Assembly (NCBI GenBank): GCA_965221905.1
Contig: OZ244922.1
Location: 288,001-352,000 of the forward strand
Direction: 5' to 3'
Length of the DNA stretch: 64,000 nucleotides
Source: Chloroflexota bacterium
GTDB lineage: Bacteria; Chloroflexota; UBA11872; VXOZ01
Made by a program: the position numbers and the translations under genes. Under the pieces are notes generated by a model. The model saw only the letters and a list, made by a program, of their open reading frames with translations, did no database searches and was not told the DNA's origin. Positions 9,909 to 20,304 of the stretch are shown piece by piece. Each line of letters begins with the position of its first letter. Within the stretch, counting starts at the first letter, position 1.

Positions 9909-11003
9909 TTAGACGAGCACTCTCCTGCCGTGCTTCGCTGATTCGTACGCCGCTTCCACCAATTCTAAGGCGCGTACGCCGTCTTCCCAGTCGGGCTTTA
10001 CCGGCGCGCCGGTGACTATGGCCTCCAAGTAAGCGCGCAGTTGGATTTCAAATGGGTCGCCGCCTGCGAGGGCTATAGACTCCCACCCGGTCATGGGGTC
10101 TGCCTGGAGTTGGGTGGGGTCGTAGCGGAAGCCGGGGGTGCCGGACTGTAGCTGCCGGTGCATCGCGTTGAAGCTGAAGATCAGGCTGCCGTCCTCACCG
10201 TCGATCTCGAAATACGGCACCTCTTCATGCTTGCGCCGCGCCCAGGACACGAACACGTCGCCCAGCGCGCCATTCTGAAAACGCAACTGCACCGTTGCCG
10301 CGTCTTCCAACTCCGCGCGAAAGCGCTCGCCGTCAGGCGTTTCGCGTTCCGGAAACACGGTTGTCATGTCACACGATACACGCGCGATGGGGCCGATCAT
10401 CCACCCCAGCAGGTCGAAGAAGTGCGCCATCATGTCGTGCACGATGCCGCCGCCCGCCTCGGCTTTCTGGTAGAACCAGGCCGGACGGTTCTCCACTCGC
10501 TGTGGCACAAAGTAGCCGAAGACCCCCCGCACGTGGAGGATGCGGCCAAGCGCGCCCGATGCGATGATCTCTTTGGCTTTCGCCGGACCCGCTTGGAAGC
10601 GCATATTCTGCACAATGCCGTGGTGCACGCCGGCCTGCCGCGCCGCGCGTAGGAGATACCGGCCTTCTGAGGCCGTATTTGTCAAGGGCTTATCGGTGTA
10701 CACGTGCTTGCCATTTTGAATCGCTTGCAGCAGCGGCGTAAAGTGCAGGCGGTTGACAAGGCAGTTATCAATCACGGCAAGCTCAGGGTCGTCGATGAAG
10801 CTCTCCAGATCGTTACTCGTCTTTGCCGCGCCGCATGCCGCCGCCAGCGGTGCGACTTTCGCTGGATCTCGCCCATAGAGAGCGATAGAAACATCGTGGT
10901 TTTCGCCGTTTACGACCAGTCCTTGCTCTTGGATTGCGCGCAGCGCCGTGCTGTGCAGTTGCGCCATGCGTCCGGTGCCCAATACGCCGACGGTGAGGTC
11001 CAT
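9909..11003 (-). CDS. Gfo/Idh/MocA family oxidoreductase
   Basis: VGVLGTGRMA, GKHVYTDKP, GGGIVHDMMAHFFD; start after GGAGG. Confidence 0.9.
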   Translation of the reverse strand: MDLTVGVLGTGRMAQLHSTALRAIQEQGLVVNGENHDVSIALYGRDPAKVAPLAAACGAAKTSNDLESFIDDPELAVIDNCLVNRLHFTPLLQAIQNGKHVYTDKPLTNTASEGRYLLRAARQAGVHHGIVQNMRFQAGPAKAKEIIASGALGRILHVRGVFGYFVPQRVENRPAWFYQKAEAGGGIVHDMMAHFFDLLGWMIGPIARVSCDMTTVFPERETPDGERFRAELEDAATVQLRFQNGALGDVFVSWARRKHEEVPYFEIDGEDGSLIFSFNAMHRQLQSGTPGFRYDPTQLQADPMTGWESIALAGGDPFEIQLRAYLEAIVTGAPVKPDWEDGVRALELVEAAYESAKHGRRVLV

Positions 11004-11260
11004 AGGTGCGATTTCCTCCGGTTTCGGGTAGTGCTTGCCGTAGTGTGCTGCACGCCTTGGCCGCCATGGCGTGCTTTTAGTATAGCGAAGAAGGCCGACG
11101 ACCTGCGATGCTTGCCGCGCGGCTGTTTCCGCAGTGTGCAAGCAGGTTTGCTATAGTTGCAGGAGTGAGTCGGGCAATCGCTTTCTGCCGCAGCCGAGAG
11201 CGGCGGGCGTTGCTCAAGGCGAGAGTACAGACGATTGAAGCAGATAACGTAGGAGCGGCT

Positions 11261-11677
11261 ATGGGGCTGTGGTTTTGGATTGGCGTTGCCTTTGTTTCGT
11301 GGGGCCTGGCATCATTCTTCGGCAAGATGGTCGCGCCCTACTTTGCACCCACGTACCTCCTTTGGATACGCAGCATTGTAACGATTGTGCTTCTCTTGCC
11401 AATTGTCTGGGCCCAGCGTGCCAACTCGATCTCGATTACGCCTACGTGGCAGACGTGGGTACTTGTGTTGCTGGTGACGTCATTTACGGCCAGCGCCGTG
11501 ATTGGCTTCTACAATGCCTTGCGCCTGGGCGACGCCTCTCTGGTCACGCCCGCAAGCGGCACCTACCCCGTGCTGACGGCGATACTGGCAGTGCTCTTTC
11601 TCGGCGAACAAATGTCGGTCACGCGGGGGCTGGGCATCTTCTTTGCGGTGGTGGGTATTGTGTTCCTGACGCGTTGA
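11261..11677 (+). CDS. EamA/DMT family small transporter
   Basis: Five hydrophobic segments; WG...FGK and GDASLVTP...YPVLTAILAVLFLGE motifs; AGGAG RBS. Confidence 0.85.
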   Translation: MGLWFWIGVAFVSWGLASFFGKMVAPYFAPTYLLWIRSIVTIVLLLPIVWAQRANSISITPTWQTWVLVLLVTSFTASAVIGFYNALRLGDASLVTPASGTYPVLTAILAVLFLGEQMSVTRGLGIFFAVVGIVFLTR

Positions 11678-11822
11678 GCGCGTTAAAGCGCTGGCTGCTT
11701 GCTGCCGGATTGCATGATTTGGAGGGCGGGTACGCCAGCGGGTGTATCAACGAGTGGGAAACTTGGCGAAGATTGTCGTCGTGGTCACGAATCTGAAGAA
11801 TGGGTAAGGGGAACCGTGGGCT

Positions 11823-12584
11823 ATGAAGCTGGAAGATAAAGTAGCGGTCATTACCGGCGCCGGGTCCGGCATCGGGTACGAGATGGCGACGCTCTTCGCG
11901 CGGGAAGGCGCGCGCATCATGGGCGCGGACGTGGATGCGGACGGTCTCGCCAATACGGCGGCGGCTGTGGAAGCAATTGGTCGTCCGATGCGGACGTTCG
12001 TGGCCGACGTTACCGATCCGACCGCCGTGGAACATCTGATGGCCGAGACGGTAGAAGCCTTCGGCAGTATCGACATCCTCTGCAACAATGCCGGCATCGG
12101 GCACGTGGGCAGCGTGCTGGACGTCACCCCCGAAGAGTGGGACCGGGTGATGGCTGTGAACGTGCGCGGCGTCTACCTGGGCTGCAAATACGCGGTCCCG
12201 TACATGCTGGCGCAGGGCGGGGGCATTATCGTCAATACGGCGTCGGTAGCCGGGCAGGTCGGCCTGCCCAAGCGCGCGGTCTACAGCGCGTCGAAAGGCG
12301 CGGTCATCGCGCTCACGAAGCAAGTCGCTATCGAATACGTTGATAAGAACATCCGCGTGAACTGCGTCTGTCCCGGCACGGTGGAAACGCCCTGGGTGCA
12401 GCGGCTCCTCGCCGTCGAGGACGATCCGGTAGCAGCGCTCGAAAACCTCCGCCTGCGCCAGCCCATGGGCCGCCTCGGCCAACCCGACGAGGTGGCCAAA
12501 GCCGCCCTCTACCTCGCCTCCGACGCCGCCGATTTCATCACCGGCATAGAACTGGTCTTAGACGGCGGCCTAACTGCACGGTGA
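11823..12584 (+). CDS. Short-chain dehydrogenase/reductase
   Basis: TGAGSGIG, NNAG, YSASK, IRVNCVCPG, DGG. Confidence 0.92.
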   Translation: MKLEDKVAVITGAGSGIGYEMATLFAREGARIMGADVDADGLANTAAAVEAIGRPMRTFVADVTDPTAVEHLMAETVEAFGSIDILCNNAGIGHVGSVLDVTPEEWDRVMAVNVRGVYLGCKYAVPYMLAQGGGIIVNTASVAGQVGLPKRAVYSASKGAVIALTKQVAIEYVDKNIRVNCVCPGTVETPWVQRLLAVEDDPVAALENLRLRQPMGRLGQPDEVAKAALYLASDAADFITGIELVLDGGLTAR

Positions 12585-12857
12585 CAAGCGCAGTCTATCA
12601 CTCCAGTGAGCATAGTACCCCGCTTCTCCTACTGAGCGGTTGGTCCCACCTAACGTTGCAGAATCAGCGAAGAGTCTGGGGTGCTAGCTTTAGACAGGGC
12701 CGCCTAAAAGGGGGAACTTAGCGATACGTGGAACATTATGATCCTGAATATACCGCCGGAGTGACCAAATCGGAAAACTCCCGCATTGCGATCTTAGATA
12801 GCGTGTCGGTCATGTTTTGAACGGAATCTGAAGGAAACGCCGGTCTGGGAACAAATA

Positions 12858-13634
12858 TTGATTGAGCTGGCTAGCTTTGGAGAATTGACTTTGGGAGCAT
12901 GGCGCGCGTTTGGGAACGCAGCTGCACTGTCATCACGCGTGAGACACGCCATCCCGATACTGTTCTTCGGCGATCTCCCCTCCTACTCTTCATCAAGAAC
13001 GCGGATTCTGACCGTCGGGCTAAACCCATCTTTGCATGAGTTCCCCGTGGAATGTGCGTTCCGTCGATTCCCACTTGCTGAAGGAGTCTCAGGAAGGGAG
13101 CCGGACCGCTATCTCGAAGCGCTCTCGGCTTACTTCCACACCTGTCCATATTCTGAATGGTTTAGCGCTTTCGAGCCGCTGCTTGGAGGCCTGGAGGCTA
13201 GCTACTATGAGGGGCAACCATCGACAGCGCTCCATACTGACATCTGCTCACCCATCGCCACCGACCCGACATGGAACTGCCTTGACCGGGATGTGCAGAA
13301 GACCCTGGAGATGGATGGCGGTCCTCTCTGGCATGACCTGTTGAAGGTGCTCCGGCCGCAAATCGTGGTGCTGTCTGTCGCATGCCGACATCTATCGTGC
13401 ATCAAGTTTAGATCCATAACTGAGTGGAAGCTCGTTCATGTGTTTGAGCGAACCAAGGACGGCTGCATGCGTAAGCAGCCTGTAAAGGTTTACGCGCGTT
13501 GGAGCGAGATAAGTGACGAGCCGGCACTTCTCTTCTTCGTCCCTGCAGCGCAGAAGCCGCTTGGTCTGCTAGGCACCGTTCAGAAGCGAAAAGCAGGCGT
13601 GATCGCGTTGGAGGAACTAAAAGGCAGCTTATAA
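12858..13634 (+). CDS. Hypothetical protein, possible uracil-DNA glycosylase-like superfamily
   Basis: ILFFGD...ILTVGLNPS resembles UDG motif A; LRPQIVVL resembles a later strand; start uncertain. Confidence 0.5.
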   Translation: MIELASFGELTLGAWRAFGNAAALSSRVRHAIPILFFGDLPSYSSSRTRILTVGLNPSLHEFPVECAFRRFPLAEGVSGREPDRYLEALSAYFHTCPYSEWFSAFEPLLGGLEASYYEGQPSTALHTDICSPIATDPTWNCLDRDVQKTLEMDGGPLWHDLLKVLRPQIVVLSVACRHLSCIKFRSITEWKLVHVFERTKDGCMRKQPVKVYARWSEISDEPALLFFVPAAQKPLGLLGTVQKRKAGVIALEELKGSL

Positions 13635-13895
13635 CCGGCGATTGGTCCAATTCTCTTATCGGGGCCGCTAGTATAAGGTTTACGCCTCTAGAGGTAGTGG
13701 TTGGAACTCACTCAATGTGGTCGATGGCTTGGGACAATTCCTCTACCCAGTTGCATCCTCGCCGGTAGCACTCTCGCAAGTGAGACTCCCGAATTCACTT
13801 AAATGCTTATGGCTAAAGTGCTACACTGAGCTCTTGGCTCGCCCCCCTCAAGATTTCACCCTGACAGCTTAGGCAAGGACGATTTGGCAGTTGGT

Positions 13896-14987
13896 ATGGC
13901 TGACGAATTACCCGAGGAAATATTAGAGGCACCCAGGAATGGGGACGCTTCTGCCTCTGACATCGTAACGGATCTTGCAGCCGATGCAGCCTTCTCAGGC
14001 ATCCCAATTCCTTATAGGCGAAACTTCTTCAAGGCAATGGGCCAATTGTGTTCGGCGGCAATAGATATTCCCGTGGCATACCTTACCGGGAAAGCAGATG
14101 AACTACGGGCAGAGACAGCGGCGCGAATTAAGCTGACTAACGTATCAACCGAGCAGATTGCTCAACAAATGCAGACCGATCCTGAGTATGCACGGGTAGC
14201 GGCTCAGAAGTTTGGTCAGCGTGTGATTCGTGAGCAAGTTAACTTAGATTTGATCAGTCAAAGAGCCGCCAATGAATTAACGAACAATGGTGATTCAGTC
14301 GATGAATTAGAGTCGGAGGAGTCTGGCGATACGATTAACGACGATTGGTTAAATGCATTTGAGACGGAGGCTAGGCTAAAGAATTCCGAAGAAATGCAGG
14401 CCTACTTTGGTAAGGTCTTGGCTGGAGAAATCAGAAAGCCAGGCACCTATTCGACAAGGACGGTCAGAATCCTGGGCAGTCTCGATCAGAATGTAGCTAC
14501 CCTATTCTTGAGATTGTGCTCAATCTGCATCTCGCAATTCCAAGACATGCGAGTGCCCTCTTTAGGTGGAAGTGCTGGCAACAATGCGCTTGAAGAATAT
14601 GGACTGAATTTCAGTGCTTTGAACCTACTGAATGAACATGGGCTTGTGATCTCTGACTACAATTCTTGGCGAGAATATAAAACTACCTTGCCTGTTCAAG
14701 CAACGGGAAAGCATACGGTGTTCTTACCATTTGGCTTTCAAGGAAAGCACTGGATACTGATGCCTGCGTCCAGTGGCAAGACTGGCAAGAATCTCAGAAT
14801 TCATGGTGTTGCACTCACACGCTCTGGCATGGAGCTATCGAGAATAGTTGAAATCGAACCGTTGGAAGAGTTTTCCAAGGCACTTTCACGATATTTGGAG
14901 AAAGAGGGATTTCGGAAGGTCAAAGTCGGCCATGGAGGACCACAAGTCGTAGATTTAAACGCTGACACGGGGTTAGACTCTAAATGA
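13896..14987 (+). CDS. DUF2806 domain-containing protein
   Basis: REQVNL, INDDWLNAF, SEEMQAYFGKVLAGEIRKPGTYS.RT; lower GC than flanks. Confidence 0.8.
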   Translation: MADELPEEILEAPRNGDASASDIVTDLAADAAFSGIPIPYRRNFFKAMGQLCSAAIDIPVAYLTGKADELRAETAARIKLTNVSTEQIAQQMQTDPEYARVAAQKFGQRVIREQVNLDLISQRAANELTNNGDSVDELESEESGDTINDDWLNAFETEARLKNSEEMQAYFGKVLAGEIRKPGTYSTRTVRILGSLDQNVATLFLRLCSICISQFQDMRVPSLGGSAGNNALEEYGLNFSALNLLNEHGLVISDYNSWREYKTTLPVQATGKHTVFLPFGFQGKHWILMPASSGKTGKNLRIHGVALTRSGMELSRIVEIEPLEEFSKALSRYLEKEGFRKVKVGHGGPQVVDLNADTGLDSK

Positions 14988-15105
14988 GCATGCACGGTGT
15001 TGTGTAGCGTGCGGCTATACGTATAGTTGTGAAGATTCGCTCCTCCTCGTAGATCTGCTTTGCATGTGGTCGCTTTGCGGGTGCCACGCTGAGAGCCTCA
15101 ACTGG

Positions 15106-15344
15106 TCAAAGCAATTCCCTTTGGAACGACTCCACCCAACGGCGTTGGTGGTGGGGGAGGCCGTTGATGCGGACGTTGAGGTCGATGGAGACGTGGATGG
15201 CGTCCTGGGTGCTGCGGACGTTGGCGGACGTATCCACGTTGATCACGCTGTCCGTGCGGGTGGATGGTGCGGAAGTGTTGGCCGATGGCCGTAGTGTCTG
15301 CGGGATTGCGGTTGTTGGCCCACACCTCCAGCCGGGACTCCATT
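15106..15344 (-). pseudogene. Displaced duplicate of the 3' end of the CocE/NonD gene, with a 1-nt frameshift
   Basis: Hand alignment to 17570-17807 gives about 21 substitutions and one extra G; encodes MESRLEVWANNRNP...SFQRELL across two frames. Confidence 0.9.
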
Positions 15345-15647
15345 CTGTCTGAGAGGTTACCCCTTCCATCCATTTCCAGCAAAGCAAAAAACCCAACCTC
15401 TTTGCCTTAGAGGCAAGTCATAGGTGAAGAGTAATGGGTGAGCGCCACTGCACTCGCTAAGTTTTCCAGACGTTGCAGACAGACTCACGGTCTGATAGCC
15501 ACTCGACGTTGTGGAACAGACATTCTGCGCTAGTTCTTGCGGCTTGCACCAGAGTCGAGGTCAAGTCCTGAGCGCATGCTACGCTTGCTAGCGACACTAA
15601 AGCTTAGAAAGTCACGCTCGACTCGCTTGCTTCGGACAAATACACCG

Positions 15648-16460
15648 CTAGTCTTCTCTCCACGGAAGACGCCAGAGCCCCAAAGATATGCTTACTATCG
15701 CGAATCCTGCCAGTACAGCTAGTTCGACTAAGACATCGGACCGACCAGACAACGATTTCGTGATCCCATCAGCGGCATAACGTAGAGGCGAAATGTAGCC
15801 CAGTGCCTTCAGCAGTAGGGGCGCTTGATCCATCGTGAAGTAAACTGGCGACACGGTTGCAAGAACGATTGCCAACAGAGAGGTGCTGATGTTACCAACC
15901 TGAGGCGTGGGGGCGAAGCTGACGACGAACATGGTTAAGCCAGCCATCGTAAGAACCGTTAGGACAAGAGATGGTACCAGACCCCAAGAGATGTTTAAAT
16001 CCACTCCGGCCGCGAACCCGAAGCCGAGCAGCATCACAACCGTTATGACGCCGGATATGGACGAATAGGCCAGTGTGCCGAGGATGTAAGCGCCTTTAGA
16101 TACCGGCATAGTAATGAGTAGCTTGAGGGTACCCATAAACCGTTGCCCGTTGATGTTTTGTCCGACGAGCATGCCGATGGACATGGACACACCAAATACC
16201 AAGGTGCCCGCGAGTAGGCGGCGGACCACAGCCGGATCGTCAGGCGCAATAGCTTTGGTTACGTAGAACCACGGGATTGGGAAGGCAGCGGCCAACAGCA
16301 CCATCAAATACCACTGCCTCATGGCAGGTATGAAATTAAGCTCGAAGACCGAGACGACATCGGACATGAACTTCGTGACGCCTCCAGTCCGATATACGCC
16401 CCTAGAGGCGTTCAGATTCTGGTTTAGCTGGTCTCCGGTTTGCCGCGGAGAATCATCCAT
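15648..16460 (-). CDS. ABC-2 type transporter permease
   Basis: Six TM segments; GTLKLLITMPVS, SPVYF, ISPLRYAADG. Confidence 0.88.
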   Translation of the reverse strand: MDDSPRQTGDQLNQNLNASRGVYRTGGVTKFMSDVVSVFELNFIPAMRQWYLMVLLAAAFPIPWFYVTKAIAPDDPAVVRRLLAGTLVFGVSMSIGMLVGQNINGQRFMGTLKLLITMPVSKGAYILGTLAYSSISGVITVVMLLGFGFAAGVDLNISWGLVPSLVLTVLTMAGLTMFVVSFAPTPQVGNISTSLLAIVLATVSPVYFTMDQAPLLLKALGYISPLRYAADGITKSLSGRSDVLVELAVLAGFAIVSISLGLWRLPWRED

Positions 16461-17338
16461 TAGCTTGCACCATCTTCGTCTAGTGGACGTTTATTACGTG
16501 TGAGACCGAGATAGACGTCTTCTAACGTTGTCCTTGAGACGGAGTACTGACGAATGCCCTTGGTTTGCACCTGTTTGACGAGCTCTTTGTCGGTGGAGCC
16601 GTAAATCGTTTCGGTTTTTTCGCCCACCTCAAACGCAATCTTGTATTCGAACCCATGCGCGGCCTTTAGATTGTCCACGGTATCGAGAGCCAACAGCCTA
16701 CCGTCTTGGATTATGCCAACCCTGTCACACAAGACTTCGGCCTCCTCCATGTTGTGGCTCGTGAGCAGGACGGTCGAGCCTTTGCGCCGGTGACCAAGCA
16801 GAAGGTCCCACAGCTCGTGGCGAGACTCGGGGTCGAGGCCTGCACTGGGCTCATCCAGGACTATTAGCGGTGGGTCGACCAGCGCGGCTATGCCGACAAA
16901 TAGGCGACGCTTAAGGCCTCCAGACAACTCGTGGGCGGGCTTATCCCTGTGCTCCTCCAGTCGAAGGTCGGCTATCAATTCCTCGGCCCGGCGTGATGCC
17001 ATACTGGCAGATAGGCCGCGCAATTTACCGAAGATACGCAGGTGGTGGCGTACAGATAGCCCGAAGAAGAGTTGGGCCTCTTGTGGCATGACGCCCATAT
17101 GGCCCTTAACCTCGTTGTAATGGGACACCGCATCGATCCCGAATACACGGACTTCTCCTGAGGTCGGTAGCAGCTCAGTGGTGATCTGCCGTACTAGGGT
17201 GGTCTTGCCCGCGCCGTTCGGCCCTAGAATGCCCAGCATCTCTCCAGGTTCAACGGTTAGCGAAATTTCTCGATTCGCCCAGGTGCCGTTCTTGTACTGC
17301 TTGCTGAGCTTCTTGACTTCAACGGGTGGTGCTTTCAC
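16460..17338 (-). CDS. ABC transporter ATP-binding protein (drug-exporter/DrrA type)
   Basis: GPNGAGKTT, LSGG, VLDEP, TSH, TLEDVY. Confidence 0.92.
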   Translation of the reverse strand: MKAPPVEVKKLSKQYKNGTWANREISLTVEPGEMLGILGPNGAGKTTLVRQITTELLPTSGEVRVFGIDAVSHYNEVKGHMGVMPQEAQLFFGLSVRHHLRIFGKLRGLSASMASRRAEELIADLRLEEHRDKPAHELSGGLKRRLFVGIAALVDPPLIVLDEPSAGLDPESRHELWDLLLGHRRKGSTVLLTSHNMEEAEVLCDRVGIIQDGRLLALDTVDNLKAAHGFEYKIAFEVGEKTETIYGSTDKELVKQVQTKGIRQYSVSRTTLEDVYLGLTRNKRPLDEDGAS

Positions 17339-17569
17339 AAAGAGTAATGTCCCAATGCCACTTCAGTGATTGGTTCTACAGTAGTCCCATAGACTGCAGA
17401 TGTCAGTCTTAGGCCGTCAAATGATCGAGCCATCCTAAGTAAGTCTTCTCCCACGCGGTCTCTGCGGGTCAACAATCTCAACAAGTGAGGGGGGGGGTAG
17501 ACGATCTATAATTCCGTCAATATGCAAATGACCCCCTCGCGAACAACGCATTGAGGGAGCTGCCGCCGA

Positions 17570-19618
17570 TCAAAGCAGCTCTCTATTGAACGACTCGACC
17601 CAATGGCGCTGGTGGTGGGGGAGGCCGTTGATGCGGACGTCCAGGTCTATGGAGACGTGGATGGCGTCGTGGGTGCTGCGGACGTTGGCGGACGTATCGA
17701 TGTTGATTACGCTGTCGGTGCGGGTGATGGTCCTGAAGTGTTGGCCTATGGCCGTAGTCTCTGCGGGATTGCGGTTGTTGGCCCACACCTCCAGCCGAGA
17801 CTCCATTTTGACGGTCATATCGGCGCTGGCCCGGCTCTCGCCAACGAGATGTAACCGTAGGCCGGTGCGGTCTCGCATCATGTCCTGGGTAATCTCCCAG
17901 GGGATTTCGCGGGGCGATGCCTCCGGGTATGTGCGCGGCGCGGCGGAAGGCTCGTACGCCATCTCGTCGGGCGGCAGCTCTCCGGCGGGGGCGTCCCGCG
18001 TGGGCACAACCGGCAGCTCCAGGTACGACTCACGTCCACTGTCCCGGTAGATGCGGTTCGTGCCGTTATAGGGAGTCGGCCACAGGTTTGGAAAGTCCGC
18101 GCTGCTTATAGAGAGCCGGATCCTGTGCCCTCGCTCAAACCTCCATGCCGTAGCGTCCAGGTCCACGTGCAGCTCGTAGATCTCGCCCGGTTCCATAGGC
18201 TCCGGGTCTGTGAGCGAGTCGCGCCGCGTCCCGTTCAGCACGCCAATTGTGACCTGCGCGCTGGTACCGTCCGGCGCGACGTCTGAGAGCCGGGCCACGA
18301 ACGCCATAACGGGTGCCGTGGAACTGACGTGGAGCACGGCCTTGCCCATGCCGATGATTTCCAGCGGTTCGTCCAATGGCGCGGAGGTGTAGTTCGCCGC
18401 GTAGACTTCGTCCACGCGCTGGTCGCTCGGTAGTCCAAAGGGGACGCCCGCGCTCCACAGGCCGCTCGCTATCCCCACGGACGGCCGGTATGCGTACTCC
18501 TCGTAGCCGCGGTGGGTCATGTCCGGGTTTTCCGGCGTAAGCTCGCTGCCGAGATTGAGCCGCTGTGAACGCCCACCGGGAATGGGGAAATTCGGCTCGC
18601 AGCGCCAGTAGCCGGAAGTGTGGGTGCGGTAGGGTTCCGGCACGTCGAACGTCTGCACGTAGACGTTGACGGCCGGCTCGTCCATGATGCCGTTGTCTAT
18701 CCCCTTGAGCCAGTAGTCGCACCACCGCACGGTGAGATGCTCGCGCGCCAGCGACGGTCCGGGTGTTTCGCAGTCCGGGCTGGAGTGATTCCAGGGGCCG
18801 ATGAGCACTTTGCTCGGCGCGGTCATGTGCTGCGCCGTCCTGAGCGGGGCGTTACAGTAGCCGTCACGCCAGCCGCCGATAAGCAGCGCCGAGGCCTTGA
18901 TCTCGTGGTAGCGGCCCCGAATGCTGCCGTGCCGCCAGTATTCCCCGTCTGTCTGATTCGCGAGCCACGTGAGCAGATATGGATTGTTCTGCTCCAGGCG
19001 CTGCTCCCAAAGCTCGGCCCAACGGTCGCCGCTGTATTCGGGGTAGGGCGGCATTGCGTTCATGCCGACCATGGAGCTGCCGTATGCGCCTATGTCGTAG
19101 TAACAGCGTAGAGCCCCGCCACGGTAGTGACAGTCGTCTGTGTACCGGTCGTCGGTGTAGTTCCAGGGGATGATCGTTTCCAGATGAGGCGGCGCCAAGG
19201 CAGCGACCTGCACGCTGGTAAACCCGCCGTAGGAGCCGCCGGTCATTGCCACTTTGCCGTCGCACCAGTCCTGCGCGGCGATCCATTCGACCACGTCGTA
19301 ACCGTCGCGGATTTCCACGGGGCGGTACTCGTCGTCGTTTGAGCCTTCGCTGGAGCCGGTGCCCCGGCAGTCGACGCGGGCGCCGACGTAGCCGTGCTGC
19401 GCCCAGTGGTGTTGCATCCCAACTAGGGGCTCCTGGTCGTCCTTGCGGTACGGAATGTAGGTGAGGATCACGGGCCACGGGCCTTCCCCGGCCGGCACGT
19501 GAATGTCCAGCGCGAGCTTGGTACCGTCGCGGGTGGGCGCCATGATGTTCTTCACGAAGCTGATGCCTTCCCCACTGACTGCCATAGGCCTTACGCCTGA
19601 GTAGGTCTCATCTGCCAT
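17570..19618 (-). CDS. CocE/NonD family hydrolase
   Basis: RDGTKLALD, PYRK, DCRGTGSSEG, GGSYGG, GGWRD, IGPWNH and a PepX_C-like C-terminal domain. Confidence 0.92.
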   Translation of the reverse strand: MADETYSGVRPMAVSGEGISFVKNIMAPTRDGTKLALDIHVPAGEGPWPVILTYIPYRKDDQEPLVGMQHHWAQHGYVGARVDCRGTGSSEGSNDDEYRPVEIRDGYDVVEWIAAQDWCDGKVAMTGGSYGGFTSVQVAALAPPHLETIIPWNYTDDRYTDDCHYRGGALRCYYDIGAYGSSMVGMNAMPPYPEYSGDRWAELWEQRLEQNNPYLLTWLANQTDGEYWRHGSIRGRYHEIKASALLIGGWRDGYCNAPLRTAQHMTAPSKVLIGPWNHSSPDCETPGPSLAREHLTVRWCDYWLKGIDNGIMDEPAVNVYVQTFDVPEPYRTHTSGYWRCEPNFPIPGGRSQRLNLGSELTPENPDMTHRGYEEYAYRPSVGIASGLWSAGVPFGLPSDQRVDEVYAANYTSAPLDEPLEIIGMGKAVLHVSSTAPVMAFVARLSDVAPDGTSAQVTIGVLNGTRRDSLTDPEPMEPGEIYELHVDLDATAWRFERGHRIRLSISSADFPNLWPTPYNGTNRIYRDSGRESYLELPVVPTRDAPAGELPPDEMAYEPSAAPRTYPEASPREIPWEITQDMMRDRTGLRLHLVGESRASADMTVKMESRLEVWANNRNPAETTAIGQHFRTITRTDSVINIDTSANVRSTHDAIHVSIDLDVRINGLPHHQRHWVESFNRELL

Positions 19619-19731
19619 TTACATGTCTCCCATCCAACTGAGTCCGTCTAGCGGAATACCGGCTTGAGGCCCGGGTGATAGATTTCGAGTATTCATACCG
19701 CCAGCGTCACCCCGCTGTCTGCGAACTCGTC

Positions 19732-20304
19732 TTACTCTTCGCTTTCCTGACCCTCGTGCGCTTGGCAGAGCGGGCAGTGGCCGGGGGTGCTGACGTGGAC
19801 GCCGCACAGAGTGCAGCGGTCCGACTCTTGCGCTTCTTCGCCAGCCAGGCGAGCGAGGGCTTGCTGGCGAACGGCCGGATTCTCGATGAGATCGATGGCT
19901 TGGCGCAGCCGCCTTTCGCGGTCGGCATCGTCGACTGTGGCGGTCGCCTGGGGCGAAGCCTTCTGTGAGGGTGGGAGTTGTGTTCCCGTTGGTGTGCGGG
20001 TTGGCGGCCGCTGACCGCGAACGCGGAGATCGAGTTTGGTGACGAGCGGACGCCCTAATTTCGTATTTAGTTCGCGCGTAAGTTGCGGCACGCGCATGTG
20101 CAGCTCGTGTACGGCGGCGGAAGAGGGGGTCTGGATCGTCAATGTGCCCTGCTGGAAGCGGAGCGGACGAGCGTCACGGGCATGGGCCGGGAGGCTGGCA
20201 GCGATGGTACGCCACGCGGCAAACACCGCCGACCGCATGAGCGGTTCGGAGATGCCAAGCTCGTCGATCATGCCCGGCAGCACGTCTTTAAGCGCCTTGA
20301 ACAT
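19732..20304 (-). CDS. DUF721/DciA family protein with C-terminal CxxC...CxxC motif
   Basis: WRTIA...ARP...GTLTI...SSAAVHEL...LNTKLG DciA-like core; CTLC...CPLC; same strand and downstream of recF. Confidence 0.75.
   Translation of the reverse strand: MFKALKDVLPGMIDELGISEPLMRSAVFAAWRTIAASLPAHARDARPLRFQQGTLTIQTPSSAAVHELHMRVPQLTRELNTKLGRPLVTKLDLRVRGQRPPTRTPTGTQLPPSQKASPQATATVDDADRERRLRQAIDLIENPAVRQQALARLAGEEAQESDRCTLCGVHVSTPGHCPLCQAHEGQESEE

Noticed and set aside
12648-13710. Integron attC sites (taacgttgcagaatcagcg; taac at the 13632 stop)
   Set aside because: I could not build complementary R/L boxes, and there is no integron integrase. At most these are eroded remnants.
13766-13823. CIRCE element (tagcactc)
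   Set aside because: The second half-site is not at 9-nt spacing; it is only a loose hairpin.
15106-17807. DGR template/variable repeat pair
   Set aside because: Mismatches are not confined to adenines on either strand, many are synonymous, and there is no reverse transcriptase in the window.
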